Made by a program: the position numbers and the translations under genes. DNA of 64,000 nt, taken from contig ONJC01000007.1 of the NCBI GenBank assembly GCA_900318035.1, positions 2,015 to 66,014 on the forward strand. Direction: 5' to 3'. The notes beneath the pieces were generated by a model. The model ran no database searches, had not been told where the DNA came from, and saw only the letters and a list, made by a program, of their open reading frames with translations. Origin of the DNA: an uncultured Methanobrevibacter sp. (lineage in GTDB: Archaea; Methanobacteriota; Methanobacteria; Methanobacteriales; Methanobacteriaceae). The stretch's first letter is position 1. The number at the start of each line of letters is the position of its first letter. Shown one piece after another: positions 9,676 through 19,997 of the stretch.

Positions 9676-11664
9676 TTATTGAATTCTTTCACCGACAGTT
9701 CCGTTTTCATCAGGTGAGAGTAATGCTCCGGATGCACCGGTTGCTAAAATCATACCTTCGGATAATGTTCCGAATAATTTTGCAGGCTGCAGGTTAGCAA
9801 TTACACAGACTTTTCTTCCGATTAAATCTTCCGGAGAGTAGAATTTGGCAAGTCCTGCAACAATCTGTCTTGGTTTTTCTTCTCCAATGTCAACTTGTAA
9901 TTTTAACAGTTTATCTGATTTTTCGATTTTTTCTGCTTCTTTTACTTCACCTATTTTGATTACAAATTCATCAAATTGATCTATTGTTACTAAATCAGTC
10001 ATATTTTCATCCTCATTTTCATTTAAGTTTTCTTTTAATTTAGCCTTTTGAGCTTCAATTTCCTTATCTTCAATTTTTTTGAATAAAGGTTTGGCCTTGT
10101 TGATTTTGTGGCCTACAGGCAATGGCATTTTTGCATCCTCCCAATTATCCAAACTGTCTATATTCATTATATCTGCAATTTTATCAGCTTTTGTTGGAAG
10201 GAACGGTTTTAATGTGTAAGCTAAGGTTTTTGCTAATTGATTGGATAAGTGTAAACAGTTAGCTGCCTTAATCTTGTCTTCTTTGATGGCTTTCCATGGT
10301 TCTGCATCATTGAAATATTTGTTACCTTTTTTGGCCACCTTAAATATTTCAAGCAAAGCTTCCCTGAACTCATAGTTTGCTATGTATTCGCCGGCTTTGT
10401 CTGGAAGCTCCTCAATTGCAAGTCTGAATTCCTCATCTTCATCTGTAGGATTTGTATATTCGGGGATTTTGCTGTCAAACTGCTTTTTGGTAAATACAAA
10501 AGTTCTGTGCAGGAAATTTCCGATTACATCAGCAAGCTCATCATTGTTTCTTCTCTGGAAGTCATCCCATGAAAAGTCTGAATCCTTATTTAAAGGAGCG
10601 TTGATTGTCAGGTAATATCTGAGCAAATCAGGTTCATAGTCTTTGACAAAATCAGCTATCCATATAACCCAATTTTTACTTGTTGACATCTTTTCCCCTT
10701 CAAGGGATAGGAATTCACCTGCATAAATCATATCAGGCAATTTACAGCCGTATGCCTTGAGAAGTCCGGGCCAGAATATTGAATGGTGGTAAATGATGTC
10801 CTTTCCTATGAAATGAACAACATAATCATTCCAATAGTCCTCCCATTTAATGCCTGATTGCTCAGACCATTGTGAAGCAGATGAGATGTAACCCAGGAAT
10901 GCTTCAATCCAAACGTACAATACTTTGCCTTTGGCTTCATCCAGAGGTACAGGAATACCCCAATCCATATCACGGGTCAAAATCCAGTCGGTCAACCCTT
11001 CGTTCAGCCAGTTTATTGCATAGTTTTTCACATTGGCCGGAAGGTTTTCATTGTTAGTTATGTATTCCTTCAGGTCGTCTTCAAATTCGGACAGTTTGAA
11101 TGCGTACTGAAATGTATCCTTGATTATTGGAGTTGTTCCGCATGTAATGCAGTGAGGTTCATCAAGTTCTGTCGGATTCAATGCCTTTCCACATTTTTCA
11201 CAGTGATCACCTCTTGCTTCGGAACCGCAAACTGGACATAATCCTTCAACATATCTGTCAGGAAGGAATTTGTTACAGTTCGGACAGTACAGCTGCTGGA
11301 TATCCTCCCTGTAGATAAATCCGTTATCATATAAATCCTTGAAGAAATGTTTCGCAATCTCATAATGTTTCTTGTCTGTAGTTCTTGTGAAATTGTCCAA
11401 TGAGATGTTCATTGATTCCACATCACTAACAATCATATCGTGATATCTTTTTGAAATTTCAATCGGTTTTTTGTTTTCCTTATCTGCCTTTACTGCAATT
11501 GGAGTTCCATGCTCATCTGTAGCGCAAACCAGTAAAACATCATTTCCAACCATTCTGTTGTACCTTGCATAGATATCTGCAGGCAGATATGTAGAACGGA
11601 TATGGCCTAAATGACATGGTCCATTTGCATAAGGAAGTGCACATGAAATAAAAATCTTTGACAT
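9676..11664 (-). CDS. metG: Methionine--tRNA ligase
   Basis: ALPYANGPCHLGH, zinc knuckles, KMSTS and a C-terminal tRNA-binding domain. Confidence 0.97.
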   Translation of the reverse strand: MSKIFISCALPYANGPCHLGHIRSTYLPADIYARYNRMVGNDVLLVCATDEHGTPIAVKADKENKKPIEISKRYHDMIVSDVESMNISLDNFTRTTDKKHYEIAKHFFKDLYDNGFIYREDIQQLYCPNCNKFLPDRYVEGLCPVCGSEARGDHCEKCGKALNPTELDEPHCITCGTTPIIKDTFQYAFKLSEFEDDLKEYITNNENLPANVKNYAINWLNEGLTDWILTRDMDWGIPVPLDEAKGKVLYVWIEAFLGYISSASQWSEQSGIKWEDYWNDYVVHFIGKDIIYHHSIFWPGLLKAYGCKLPDMIYAGEFLSLEGEKMSTSKNWVIWIADFVKDYEPDLLRYYLTINAPLNKDSDFSWDDFQRRNNDELADVIGNFLHRTFVFTKKQFDSKIPEYTNPTDEDEEFRLAIEELPDKAGEYIANYEFREALLEIFKVAKKGNKYFNDAEPWKAIKEDKIKAANCLHLSNQLAKTLAYTLKPFLPTKADKIADIMNIDSLDNWEDAKMPLPVGHKINKAKPLFKKIEDKEIEAQKAKLKENLNENEDENMTDLVTIDQFDEFVIKIGEVKEAEKIEKSDKLLKLQVDIGEEKPRQIVAGLAKFYSPEDLIGRKVCVIANLQPAKLFGTLSEGMILATGASGALLSPDENGTVGERIQ

Positions 11665-11887
11665 TTATCTAATCCCCTTAATTATTTTAAACATGATATA
11701 ATTATGTTACTCCTATATAATAAAATTAATATTTTTGACCGTGCAATTTATAGGGATTGGACATTTGAAAAAAAATTAATTTCAAAAATTTGAGGAAATT
11801 AAACAAAACATCACCCATCAAATCTAATTCAATATTGACTCTAAAAATGAGTTACTTATTTAATACATAAAATAAAGAGTTAAAAAC

Positions 11888-13219
11888 ATGGCTGAAGTTT
11901 CATATATCAACCCGTTGTCAAACGAAGGAAGACAGATTATAAGACAATACGGGGATTTAAATCAAATATTTGATGAAGACGAATCGATGGTCGACACAAT
12001 CATCCATACAACCAACCAAAGAATATCCGACGATTCAATAATCCCAAAATCCTATGCCGATTATGCCATTAAACGTATCCAATGGGCAATCGAGAAAAAG
12101 AATAATAAGAATTTCGTTCAGGCTGAATTTGAATACCTTACAAATTCAGATTTATTCGCACAGGATGTTGTCGTCTTTCACATTTTATGTCAGGCAATAG
12201 CCATACAGTTTAATTTGGGTTCACGTGAAACAAGGCTTTTTGTTGAATCCCAAGGAACACTTATTTTAGAAAGATTGGCTAAAATACCTCCAATGACCAG
12301 GGCTGAAATAATCGATGAAGTTCTCGATGAAGTAAAAGTTGACGGTTCCATCCATTGGAAGTCATTGCGTGAGGTTGTCGCATCCAAAAAACTTAAACTT
12401 ACAGATTTATTAATTGACAGAGGAGATATAATTCTTCAGCAGGAAGACTTTTTAGAAAGATTCAGCGATGATTTTAAAGACAGAAGTCCTGAGAGAATGT
12501 ACGGAATACTGGTAGGTGACAGCGTTAAGGAACAAATCCTATCAAGATTAATAATGCAAAAAACCGAAGAGTACATTGCAAGAATTAAGGAAATGTCTGC
12601 AAGAATCGAAATCCATCCTGCAATCATAGAAATTGGCGAAAAGCTAAAAGAGTTCATTCCCGACGAAACCAGCAAATACAATCAGTATTATGCAGGAAGC
12701 GGAGGTCTGTTTGGCTCAGTTGAAGCAGGAAAATTAAACCCTGAAGCATTTCCACCATGCATTAAAGCAACCGTTGAAGGAGTATCTTCCGGTGGGCGTA
12801 ATGATGCAATTGTACTGTTACTAACTTCTTTTGCTTCATATGCAAGACTATATCCAAGAATATTTGCATCAGATGAAACTGTTAAAGTATCAGACATGGA
12901 TCCTGACCTGTCAATTACCGAAAATGAGATTCTGCCGTTGATCTTTGATGCTGCAGACAACTGTACACCACCGTTGTTTGAAGACCAACCTCAGGAAAAA
13001 ATAAACATCATATCAAAACTGGGCTTTGGAATGCACGACAGGGTCGACATCAACCACGAAGGCGAAACAAAATGGTACACTCCAATGAGCTGCGAAAAAA
13101 TAAAAATCCATCTGCCTCATCTATGCCATCCGGACAAGTCATGCAAAGGAATCAACAATCCTTTATCATGTTACGGGCGTAAAAAATTCCAGCTGGACCG
13201 TGAAGCACCTAAAGAGTAG
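11888..13219 (+). CDS. priL: DNA primase large subunit
   Basis: FPPCI, YTPMSCEKI and C..C...NPLSCY Fe-S cysteine pattern; priS nearby. Confidence 0.85.
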   Translation: MAEVSYINPLSNEGRQIIRQYGDLNQIFDEDESMVDTIIHTTNQRISDDSIIPKSYADYAIKRIQWAIEKKNNKNFVQAEFEYLTNSDLFAQDVVVFHILCQAIAIQFNLGSRETRLFVESQGTLILERLAKIPPMTRAEIIDEVLDEVKVDGSIHWKSLREVVASKKLKLTDLLIDRGDIILQQEDFLERFSDDFKDRSPERMYGILVGDSVKEQILSRLIMQKTEEYIARIKEMSARIEIHPAIIEIGEKLKEFIPDETSKYNQYYAGSGGLFGSVEAGKLNPEAFPPCIKATVEGVSSGGRNDAIVLLLTSFASYARLYPRIFASDETVKVSDMDPDLSITENEILPLIFDAADNCTPPLFEDQPQEKINIISKLGFGMHDRVDINHEGETKWYTPMSCEKIKIHLPHLCHPDKSCKGINNPLSCYGRKKFQLDREAPKE

Positions 13220-13739
13220 ATTCTGAAAATTTGAATGGATTATGGTCTTCATAGATGGCATCATAATACTTGTTTAAAATCTTTGATTCCCACATGTTAT
13301 AGTTGGCCCGTTCGTTTTTCTCGAAATTATAAGCCAATATTCCAATGGTACGCTCGTACTCGTCAATATCCTTATTTTCACAAAAATCAGTAATTATATC
13401 CGGAATGTATTCGCAGGGATCATCACTGCTGAATTCCAGAAATTCCTCATATTCGCTTTTGGAAAAGAAATCCTCTTCACTAACAGGCTGTTCATGAGAT
13501 TCAATTGTGAATAATTCAATGTAAATTTCAGTGGCCAAATGCAGCTGATTAAAATCAACACCCAATCCATAAACATTTCCGGTTTCTAGATTTAGGACAG
13601 TATGGCCTGTTTTAATGCCAGCCTGCCAATTGTCATAAGCCGGCTTTACAATCTCTTCGGGAGATAAACCTGATAAAACTGTTTTTAAGTGTTCGACACC
13701 AATTACTTCTACAAACTCTTCCATGCAGTTATATTTCAT
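13209..13739 (-). CDS. Acidic hypothetical protein
   Basis: 176-aa ORF lying antisense between priL and priS; start may be 13724. Confidence 0.7.
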   Translation of the reverse strand: MKYNCMEEFVEVIGVEHLKTVLSGLSPEEIVKPAYDNWQAGIKTGHTVLNLETGNVYGLGVDFNQLHLATEIYIELFTIESHEQPVSEEDFFSKSEYEEFLEFSSDDPCEYIPDIITDFCENKDIDEYERTIGILAYNFEKNERANYNMWESKILNKYYDAIYEDHNPFKFSESTL

Positions 13740-13892
13740 AATTATTAATAATAAATTTTTTTAAAAAAAAAGAATGGGAAGAATTAATGTTGAACGCCTG
13801 AATCATTTCATTTAATGGGATTAGCCAAAGACCACAATTGCACAAAAGCACACATCAAATAACATAAATACTTTGAAAATAAAATTATAATC

Positions 13893-14870
13893 ATGTTTTC
13901 AAAAGCTACAATAAAAGAGCGAAGACAATATTACCGGGAGGAATGGGATCCTAAGGACTTGCCTGAATTCATCTCCAAAGAAATTAAAAAAAGAGAGTTC
14001 GGTTTTGACCATAACGGAAAAGGTCCTAACGACAGATACAAAGTCTTTAGAGGAACTGAATCTTTAAGAAAATTCCTACGATATAAGGCGCCATTTGCAG
14101 CATACATTTCAGTAGCTTTTTACAATAATCCCAGAAGAAGGGAAGACTGGCTGAAAGCCGAATATATTTTCGATGTTGATGCAAAAGACATTCCAATCAG
14201 GTCATGTCAATGCGATGGTGTGTGTGAAATATGTCTTGGCGAAGCTTTGGAAATTGTTAACACACTCATTGACACTCTGGAAGGGGATTTGGGTCTTAAA
14301 AATATTCATTTGATATATTCCGGAAGAGGATATCACATTAGGATTCTGGATGAGGAAATGATGCTTGCAAACAGCGAGCTGAGGTCTGAAGTATTGAAGT
14401 ATGTTGCGGGAGCGGAAGTTCCTAAATCTAAATTCATTAACTCAGAGATTTCCAATAAGAGTTTTAACTTTGAACATTTCTCAATTCCAATTGGATATTC
14501 CAAAATATTTACAGACAAGGTCAAATTCAATATCCAGCATCTGGTCGGCAATGAAAAGCTTGACGGAATCAATCCCAAGTTAATGAAGGATATCATGGCT
14601 TCAAGACATCACCTCGAACAGGACAACTGGGGACTGTTTAAGAGTGAAATCGGACCTAGACGCTATAAAAATCTTGTTGAAGCCATGGCAAGAGTCAATC
14701 TGGCAACAATCGATGCAAAGGTAACCATTGATTTGAAAAGGATTTTGAGACTTCCTTCATCACTTCACTCAAAGGTCAGTATGAAATGTATGGAAGTTAA
14801 AAACAGAGAGACATTCGACCCACTTGATAAAGCCGTTCCAAAATTTGTCTATGAAAGAAAAGGTGTTTAA
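13893..14870 (+). CDS. priS: DNA primase catalytic subunit
   Basis: REFGFD, FDVDAKD, YSGRGYH and IDAKVT...RILRLPSSLH motifs. Confidence 0.95.
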   Translation: MFSKATIKERRQYYREEWDPKDLPEFISKEIKKREFGFDHNGKGPNDRYKVFRGTESLRKFLRYKAPFAAYISVAFYNNPRRREDWLKAEYIFDVDAKDIPIRSCQCDGVCEICLGEALEIVNTLIDTLEGDLGLKNIHLIYSGRGYHIRILDEEMMLANSELRSEVLKYVAGAEVPKSKFINSEISNKSFNFEHFSIPIGYSKIFTDKVKFNIQHLVGNEKLDGINPKLMKDIMASRHHLEQDNWGLFKSEIGPRRYKNLVEAMARVNLATIDAKVTIDLKRILRLPSSLHSKVSMKCMEVKNRETFDPLDKAVPKFVYERKGV

Positions 14871-14871
14871 A

Positions 14872-15129
14872 ATGGAAGATGTTTTAAGAGATATTTTAAG
14901 AAAAAGTCCACACTTTGATGAAATAAATGAAAATAGATTCGTTCCCGAGTATTTGGGTTTGATTGTGAATGGCGTTGTCGTATATCATGTAAACTGGATT
15001 GACATTGTAGAAAATGAAGTGATATTCATGCACAAGGACATCCAAACTCATCCTATTGTCTCCATCGTCCTGGATAACCTTAACTCATTAATGATCATTA
15101 CCAGTGACGGAATAAAAAAAGTATTGTAA
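14872..15129 (+). CDS. Small hypothetical protein
   Basis: ATG 1 bp after the priS stop, preceded by AGGTG; 85 aa. Confidence 0.65.
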   Translation: MEDVLRDILRKSPHFDEINENRFVPEYLGLIVNGVVVYHVNWIDIVENEVIFMHKDIQTHPIVSIVLDNLNSLMIITSDGIKKVL

Positions 15130-15702
15130 TCAGTCGGTACTGAAACATTTGTCTATTATTTTTTGAGAAATCACATCAGGGGCATCATCGGCCGGAACCA
15201 CATTCCAGTTATAGGTGAATTTCTGTGACCTTTGACGGTTTTCCCTTAGTGATTCAATATTTTCAAACATTTCTGTTTCTTCATCACGTGAACCGATTCT
15301 TCTAAGTGACTCTTCTGGAGTAATGTCCAAAAAGAACATGCAGTCTGATGTCGGAAGAATGAATGATACAATCTTATATGTTATTGTATTGACAATATCC
15401 GGTAGATACATTACCGCCAGGATATATCTTGAAAAGATTACGACATCAACATCACTGTTGTAATAGTACATGTGAACTGACCTGATTGCATCAAGGCCGA
15501 AATAAATTGTAGCTTTAATATGATTTAACTTTCCTGTTTTTAAAAGAGCCTGTTTTGATTTTCTGCCGAATTTATTGTCAGAACACGGATGGGAACGAAT
15601 GGTAACATCCCTTCCCTTTTTTTGATATGCTTCAGCAATCAGATTGACCTGTGTGTCCTTGCCTGAACCATCCAATCCATCAATAACAATAAATTTATTC
15701 AT
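15130..15702 (-). CDS. tmk: Thymidylate kinase-family protein
   Basis: FIVIDGLDGSGKDT P-loop, SRY and FFLDITPEE motifs. Confidence 0.8.
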   Translation of the reverse strand: MNKFIVIDGLDGSGKDTQVNLIAEAYQKKGRDVTIRSHPCSDNKFGRKSKQALLKTGKLNHIKATIYFGLDAIRSVHMYYYNSDVDVVIFSRYILAVMYLPDIVNTITYKIVSFILPTSDCMFFLDITPEESLRRIGSRDEETEMFENIESLRENRQRSQKFTYNWNVVPADDAPDVISQKIIDKCFSTD

Positions 15703-15714
15703 ATCATCACTTAA

Positions 15715-16833
15715 TCAGTCAATGGGATAAAATTCTGTGTATTTTGAATTCCTCTCTACTGGATTGCGACCCAAATCCTTAACCATCCTTGATAGAAAAT
15801 CAATAGATGCATCCACACCATCAGGCGCGCCGGAAGCTTCAGACAGTTCATCTCCACCTAATGTACCGCCCAAATCATTTGCACCTGCAGTCAGTACGAC
15901 CTGTGCAAATCTGAAGCCCAATTTTACCCATGATACCTGAATATTAGGAATAATGTCCCTAAGCATTAATCTTGAAACGGCATATAACTTTAAATCCTGA
16001 GTTCCAGTAGCTCCAAGATCATATTGGCCTTCTAAAAATATTGGAGCGTATTCACGCATAAATGTCATTGGGATAAATTCTGTAAATCCACCAGTATCCT
16101 CTTGAATTTGTCTGATAATGTCAATATGTTCTACCCTTTCCTCTAAAGTTTCAACATGACCATACATTATTGTTGCTGAGCCAGGAATTCCAACTTCCTG
16201 AGCTGTTTTTACAATATCAATCCATTCACCTACGCTAACCTTTTGGGGACATATTATTTCCCTTGACCTGTCTGTCAGTATCTCTGCAGCGGTTCCAGGC
16301 AATGTGTCAAGACCTGCCTTCTTAAGTATTTCAAAACCTTCAGCAATGTCGATTCCTGAAACCCTACAGGCATCACGGACCATTGTAGGTGAAAATCCAT
16401 GTATTGCAACATCAGGATGTGCATCCTTCAGCAAAGTCAGCAGATGTTCATAATAGTCAATATCAGCATCTTTAAGCACCCCACCCATCAATGTGAATTC
16501 ACGGGCACCATTATCCACAGCACCTTCCGCCTTGGCCAGAATCTGCTCATCATTCAAAATGTATGCATCAGGATCACCGGCATCCTTTCCAAATGCACAA
16601 AAACTACATCTGACTGTGCAGATATTAGTAAAATTGATATTGCAGTTGTTAATGAATGTTACGTCGTCTCCAACGAGTTCGTGTCTTAAAAAATCAGCAG
16701 TTGCAAGTAAAGGGTATAGTTCCTGCCCTTTAATATTCATTAAATGATTGGCTTCATCAACAGTGATGGATTCATCCAGAGATTTTGTAAGAATCCTTTC
16801 CGTTTTAGAAGAAATGGATAGTTTATCAAACAT
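15715..16833 (-). CDS. cofH: FO synthase subunit 2 (radical SAM)
   Basis: NINFTNICTVRCSFCAF, PGTAAEI, NIQVSWVKLG and GANDLGGT motifs. Confidence 0.9.
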   Translation of the reverse strand: MFDKLSISSKTERILTKSLDESITVDEANHLMNIKGQELYPLLATADFLRHELVGDDVTFINNCNINFTNICTVRCSFCAFGKDAGDPDAYILNDEQILAKAEGAVDNGAREFTLMGGVLKDADIDYYEHLLTLLKDAHPDVAIHGFSPTMVRDACRVSGIDIAEGFEILKKAGLDTLPGTAAEILTDRSREIICPQKVSVGEWIDIVKTAQEVGIPGSATIMYGHVETLEERVEHIDIIRQIQEDTGGFTEFIPMTFMREYAPIFLEGQYDLGATGTQDLKLYAVSRLMLRDIIPNIQVSWVKLGFRFAQVVLTAGANDLGGTLGGDELSEASGAPDGVDASIDFLSRMVKDLGRNPVERNSKYTEFYPID

Positions 16834-17025
16834 GATTTTATATAAGTTAAAAGTTAAATAAAAAGGTTACTATTAATTATAGTTATTTTATGAAAATGTA
16901 GATTAATTAAAGTTAAATTATAATAAAATTATTCATGATATACTGAATTAAATGATTATTTATAATTTAAATATATTTTTATACTATTTTAAATAAAATA
17001 TTTATAATATAAATAATGATGTGAT

Positions 17026-17520
17026 ATGATGGATAGTAGTGAAGCTATTTATGATGGACTAAAAGACAGCGGAATCGACTTTATCGTTAGTGTTCCCTGC
17101 GTAAACCTATCAAAATTATTGAATATGATTGATGAAGATTCAGAAATTATCCATATTCCGGTTACACGTGAAGAGGAAGGAATCGGAATATGTGCAGGAG
17201 CATATCTTGGAGGAAAAAGTCCTGCGATTTTAATGCAGAATTCCGGGCTTGGAAACTCAATCAATGCATTGAAATCCCTGATGGAACTGTACGAATTTCC
17301 ACTTTTAATGATAATGAGCCATAGAGGAACAGAAGGGGAAAACATATGCGGACAGGTCCCTATGGGCCAGTCAACCCCGAGAATCCTGGAAGGCATGGAT
17401 TTTAAATTCTTCAAACCGGGAAATCCTGAAGGAGCATACGAAGACATACTTGAAGCATGGGACTTATCCACAGAAGAGGGAAGGCCTGTCAGCGTACTAT
17501 TGGAGATAAAATACTGGTGA
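17026..17520 (+). CDS. comD: Sulfopyruvate decarboxylase alpha subunit
   Basis: [16 protein letters not shown] and MQNSGLGN motifs. Confidence 0.93.
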   Translation: MMDSSEAIYDGLKDSGIDFIVSVPCVNLSKLLNMIDEDSEIIHIPVTREEEGIGICAGAYLGGKSPAILMQNSGLGNSINALKSLMELYEFPLLMIMSHRGTEGENICGQVPMGQSTPRILEGMDFKFFKPGNPEGAYEDILEAWDLSTEEGRPVSVLLEIKYW

Positions 17521-17524
17521 TAAC

Positions 17525-18064
17525 ATGGCAAGATATGAAGCTATCAAAGATATAATGAAAAGCATTGATGATGAACTAATAGTCTGCAATATCGGATTTC
17601 CGTCAAGAGAATTATATGAAATTGACGACAGGGATGAAAACTTCTATATGATCGGCTCAATGGGGCTTGCCTCATCAATAGGTTTGGGTCTTGCACTGGC
17701 AAGACCAGATAAGGACATTGTTGTCATTGACGGAGACGGATCCCTTCTGATGAATATGGGCTCACTTGTAACAATTTTTGCAGCAAACCCTTCAAATTTA
17801 ACCTGGATTGTTATTGACAATGGCGCTTATGGTTCAACAGGCAATCAGGATACCTATGCACAGTTAATTGATTTGGTTGAAATTGCAAAAAGCGTCGGAT
17901 TTAAAAACAGCTATGATTTTAAAGACATTGATTTAAAGGAAATAATTGCCAGCGAAGATGCAAGCTTTATCGTCTACAATACAGAATCAGGCAACTCAAA
18001 AGCACCAATCATTGATTTAACACCAATTGAAATTAAAAAAAGATTCATGAATGCCATCAAATAA
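17525..18064 (+). CDS. comE: Sulfopyruvate decarboxylase beta subunit
   Basis: NFYMIGSMG and the TPP motif GDGS...DN; GSTGNQ. Confidence 0.93.
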   Translation: MARYEAIKDIMKSIDDELIVCNIGFPSRELYEIDDRDENFYMIGSMGLASSIGLGLALARPDKDIVVIDGDGSLLMNMGSLVTIFAANPSNLTWIVIDNGAYGSTGNQDTYAQLIDLVEIAKSVGFKNSYDFKDIDLKEIIASEDASFIVYNTESGNSKAPIIDLTPIEIKKRFMNAIK

Positions 18065-18136
18065 CAATGGAGACATTGAATTTGTATTTTACTTTGAAAA
18101 ACCATCACCAGATAAGTATTTAAAAATATACCTTTT

Positions 18137-18179
18137 AAAAAAAATAAAATAATATTAAGAGGAATTAACCCCTTAATAT
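18137..18179 (-). terminator. Hairpin plus U-rich tract after the adhesin gene
   Basis: ATATTAAG (18152-18159) / CTTAATAT (18172-18179) stem, followed on the minus strand by a T-rich run, just after the stop codon. Confidence 0.55.
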
Positions 18180-18184
18180 GAATT

Positions 18185-19711
18185 CTAGCTTACAATAAAC
18201 CTCATATTCATTGCAGGGTGAGAGTGGCTTGTTGTACTGCCGCAAGCAGAACATCTATACTTCATAGTAATTTTCACCTTTGCAGTAGAAGGTTTATACG
18301 CCTTACTTGCAGGAATATACTTGACTTTAAATGTTTTTGATGCTGTTTTCTTAAAGTATACAGTATTTCCAACCTGTTTTATATAATTTAAGTCCGTACC
18401 TGTGTAAAATCTAGCCTTACCTTTTTTATTGACTTTTACTGCATCAATAATTTTAACTTTACCGCTTTTAACCAGTTTGCCGTTGGTGGTTTTAACTGTC
18501 ACATAGAATTTTTTAGGGGAATCACGATAACAAACCTGGTTTTTAACATATATTTTGGTTGCAGACCTTTTTTTAATGGTGGCAGTTGAAGATGCAACAG
18601 ATTTTACAAAGTTATTGTCGTTGAATGTAGCGGTATACTTGTATGATTTGGCTTTGCTTAATTTAACTTTTTTGGTAGCTACACCATTTTTAACAGCTAC
18701 ACTGTAAGTCTTACCATTGATTTTAAATGTAACTTTACCTTCATTTACATTTTTTCCCTGACTTTTAACAGTTGCTTTAAGAGTTACCTTATAACCCTGA
18801 TATGCACTTGCCTTACTGGCAGTAGTGGTTGTCGGAGCCTTATTGATAACAATTGTTTTTTTAACAGCACCAGCACTTACATAGGCTACACTTGAAGAAT
18901 ATGTAACTGTGCATGTTCCAACATTGAATGGAGGCACATAAGAGAACTGGCCTGAAGAATCAGTGATGAAATATCTAGATACACTTTCAGTTCCATCATT
19001 AAATACAGCTTTTACTTCGAAAAACTTAAGTGGTTTTCCAGTGTCTTTATCTGTTACTTTAACTGTAGTTGACTGGCCTGAGTTATAAACTGTAGTATAA
19101 TCATTTGCAGATATTACGGCATTTCCTTTAACTTTCAGAACTGTTCTGTCCATCAGATTACTATCCAAACCGTCATTGTATGCTGCAAATAAATAGGTTC
19201 CAGGAGCAAGATATTTTGGTGCAAACTTATACAAATAATTTCCAACAGTTCTATCTGAGCTACTGGAAAATGTTTCGGTTCTGGAAATAAGATTCCAATC
19301 ACCATTTGAATCTAACTGGAAAAATGCGAAATAGAAATTATAAGCATTAATTGCATAGGTTTGACAAGGTTCCATATAATATGATATGGTTCCACCATTT
19401 TTTGCAGAAATTTCATATCCGTTATCATTAAGATTTATTTTATAATCCAAATAGGAAATAGGGATTCCTGAAAGAACATCATCCTGTTGACTGGCCGATA
19501 CATCATGACTTTCAATATCATCATATGCAGAAACTGCATTATTTTCAATCTCATCATTCAAATCTTCATTGACACTAGTTACTACATCTTCAGAAATTGC
19601 ATCGTCAATCGCTGTCGTTTCAGAAACGTTTTCAGATGCACTGACTGTTGATATAGCGCAAATACTGACTAAAAACAACATCAGAATATAATATATATTT
19701 TTGTTAAACAT
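18185..19711 (-). CDS. Adhesin-like protein with Ig-like repeats and lysine-rich C-terminus
   Basis: Signal peptide ending VSA, acidic linker, GKVTFKINGKTY..VKNGVAT Ig-like motif. Confidence 0.85.
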   Translation of the reverse strand: MFNKNIYYILMLFLVSICAISTVSASENVSETTAIDDAISEDVVTSVNEDLNDEIENNAVSAYDDIESHDVSASQQDDVLSGIPISYLDYKINLNDNGYEISAKNGGTISYYMEPCQTYAINAYNFYFAFFQLDSNGDWNLISRTETFSSSSDRTVGNYLYKFAPKYLAPGTYLFAAYNDGLDSNLMDRTVLKVKGNAVISANDYTTVYNSGQSTTVKVTDKDTGKPLKFFEVKAVFNDGTESVSRYFITDSSGQFSYVPPFNVGTCTVTYSSSVAYVSAGAVKKTIVINKAPTTTTASKASAYQGYKVTLKATVKSQGKNVNEGKVTFKINGKTYSVAVKNGVATKKVKLSKAKSYKYTATFNDNNFVKSVASSTATIKKRSATKIYVKNQVCYRDSPKKFYVTVKTTNGKLVKSGKVKIIDAVKVNKKGKARFYTGTDLNYIKQVGNTVYFKKTASKTFKVKYIPASKAYKPSTAKVKITMKYRCSACGSTTSHSHPAMNMRFIVS

Positions 19712-19971
19712 TTTTCATCTCTCCAAAATATTTTAAAACATTGAAAATATTTACCTATAATTAAATGTTTTAAATATAAGAATATATAAATATGTTGAAA
19801 ATTGTAAAAAATAATTTACAAAAATGTCCTTTTTAAAAACCATCAGGACATTAATCAAATAAAATATCGATAGTCTAAAAAAGAGTGTTTAAAATTTATT
19901 TAATTATGAACATTTATCTCCAATTTTAATTTTTTAGGATATTTTTTAAGACAATACTACTAATTATTAAA

Positions 19972-19995
19972 TTAAGAACTTCCATTACCCCTTAA
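19972..19995 (-). terminator. Probable terminator hairpin after the second adhesin gene
   Basis: Minus strand TTAAGGG...TTCTTAA stem with G-U pairs; shares TTAAGGGG with the 18152-18179 hairpin. Confidence 0.4.
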
Positions 19996-19997
19996 AA

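Noticed and set aside
11806-11860. CATCAAAT and ACTC-N7-GAGT upstream of priL (CATCAAAT also upstream of priS) as further repair-box copies
   Set aside because: Only 8-bp partial matches with different spacing to the TATA-like box, and CATCAAAT is common in this window.
18097-19845. 11-bp direct repeat AAAAACCATCA flanking the first complete adhesin gene as a target-site duplication
   Set aside because: A-rich and plausibly chance; no transposase or integrase nearby.
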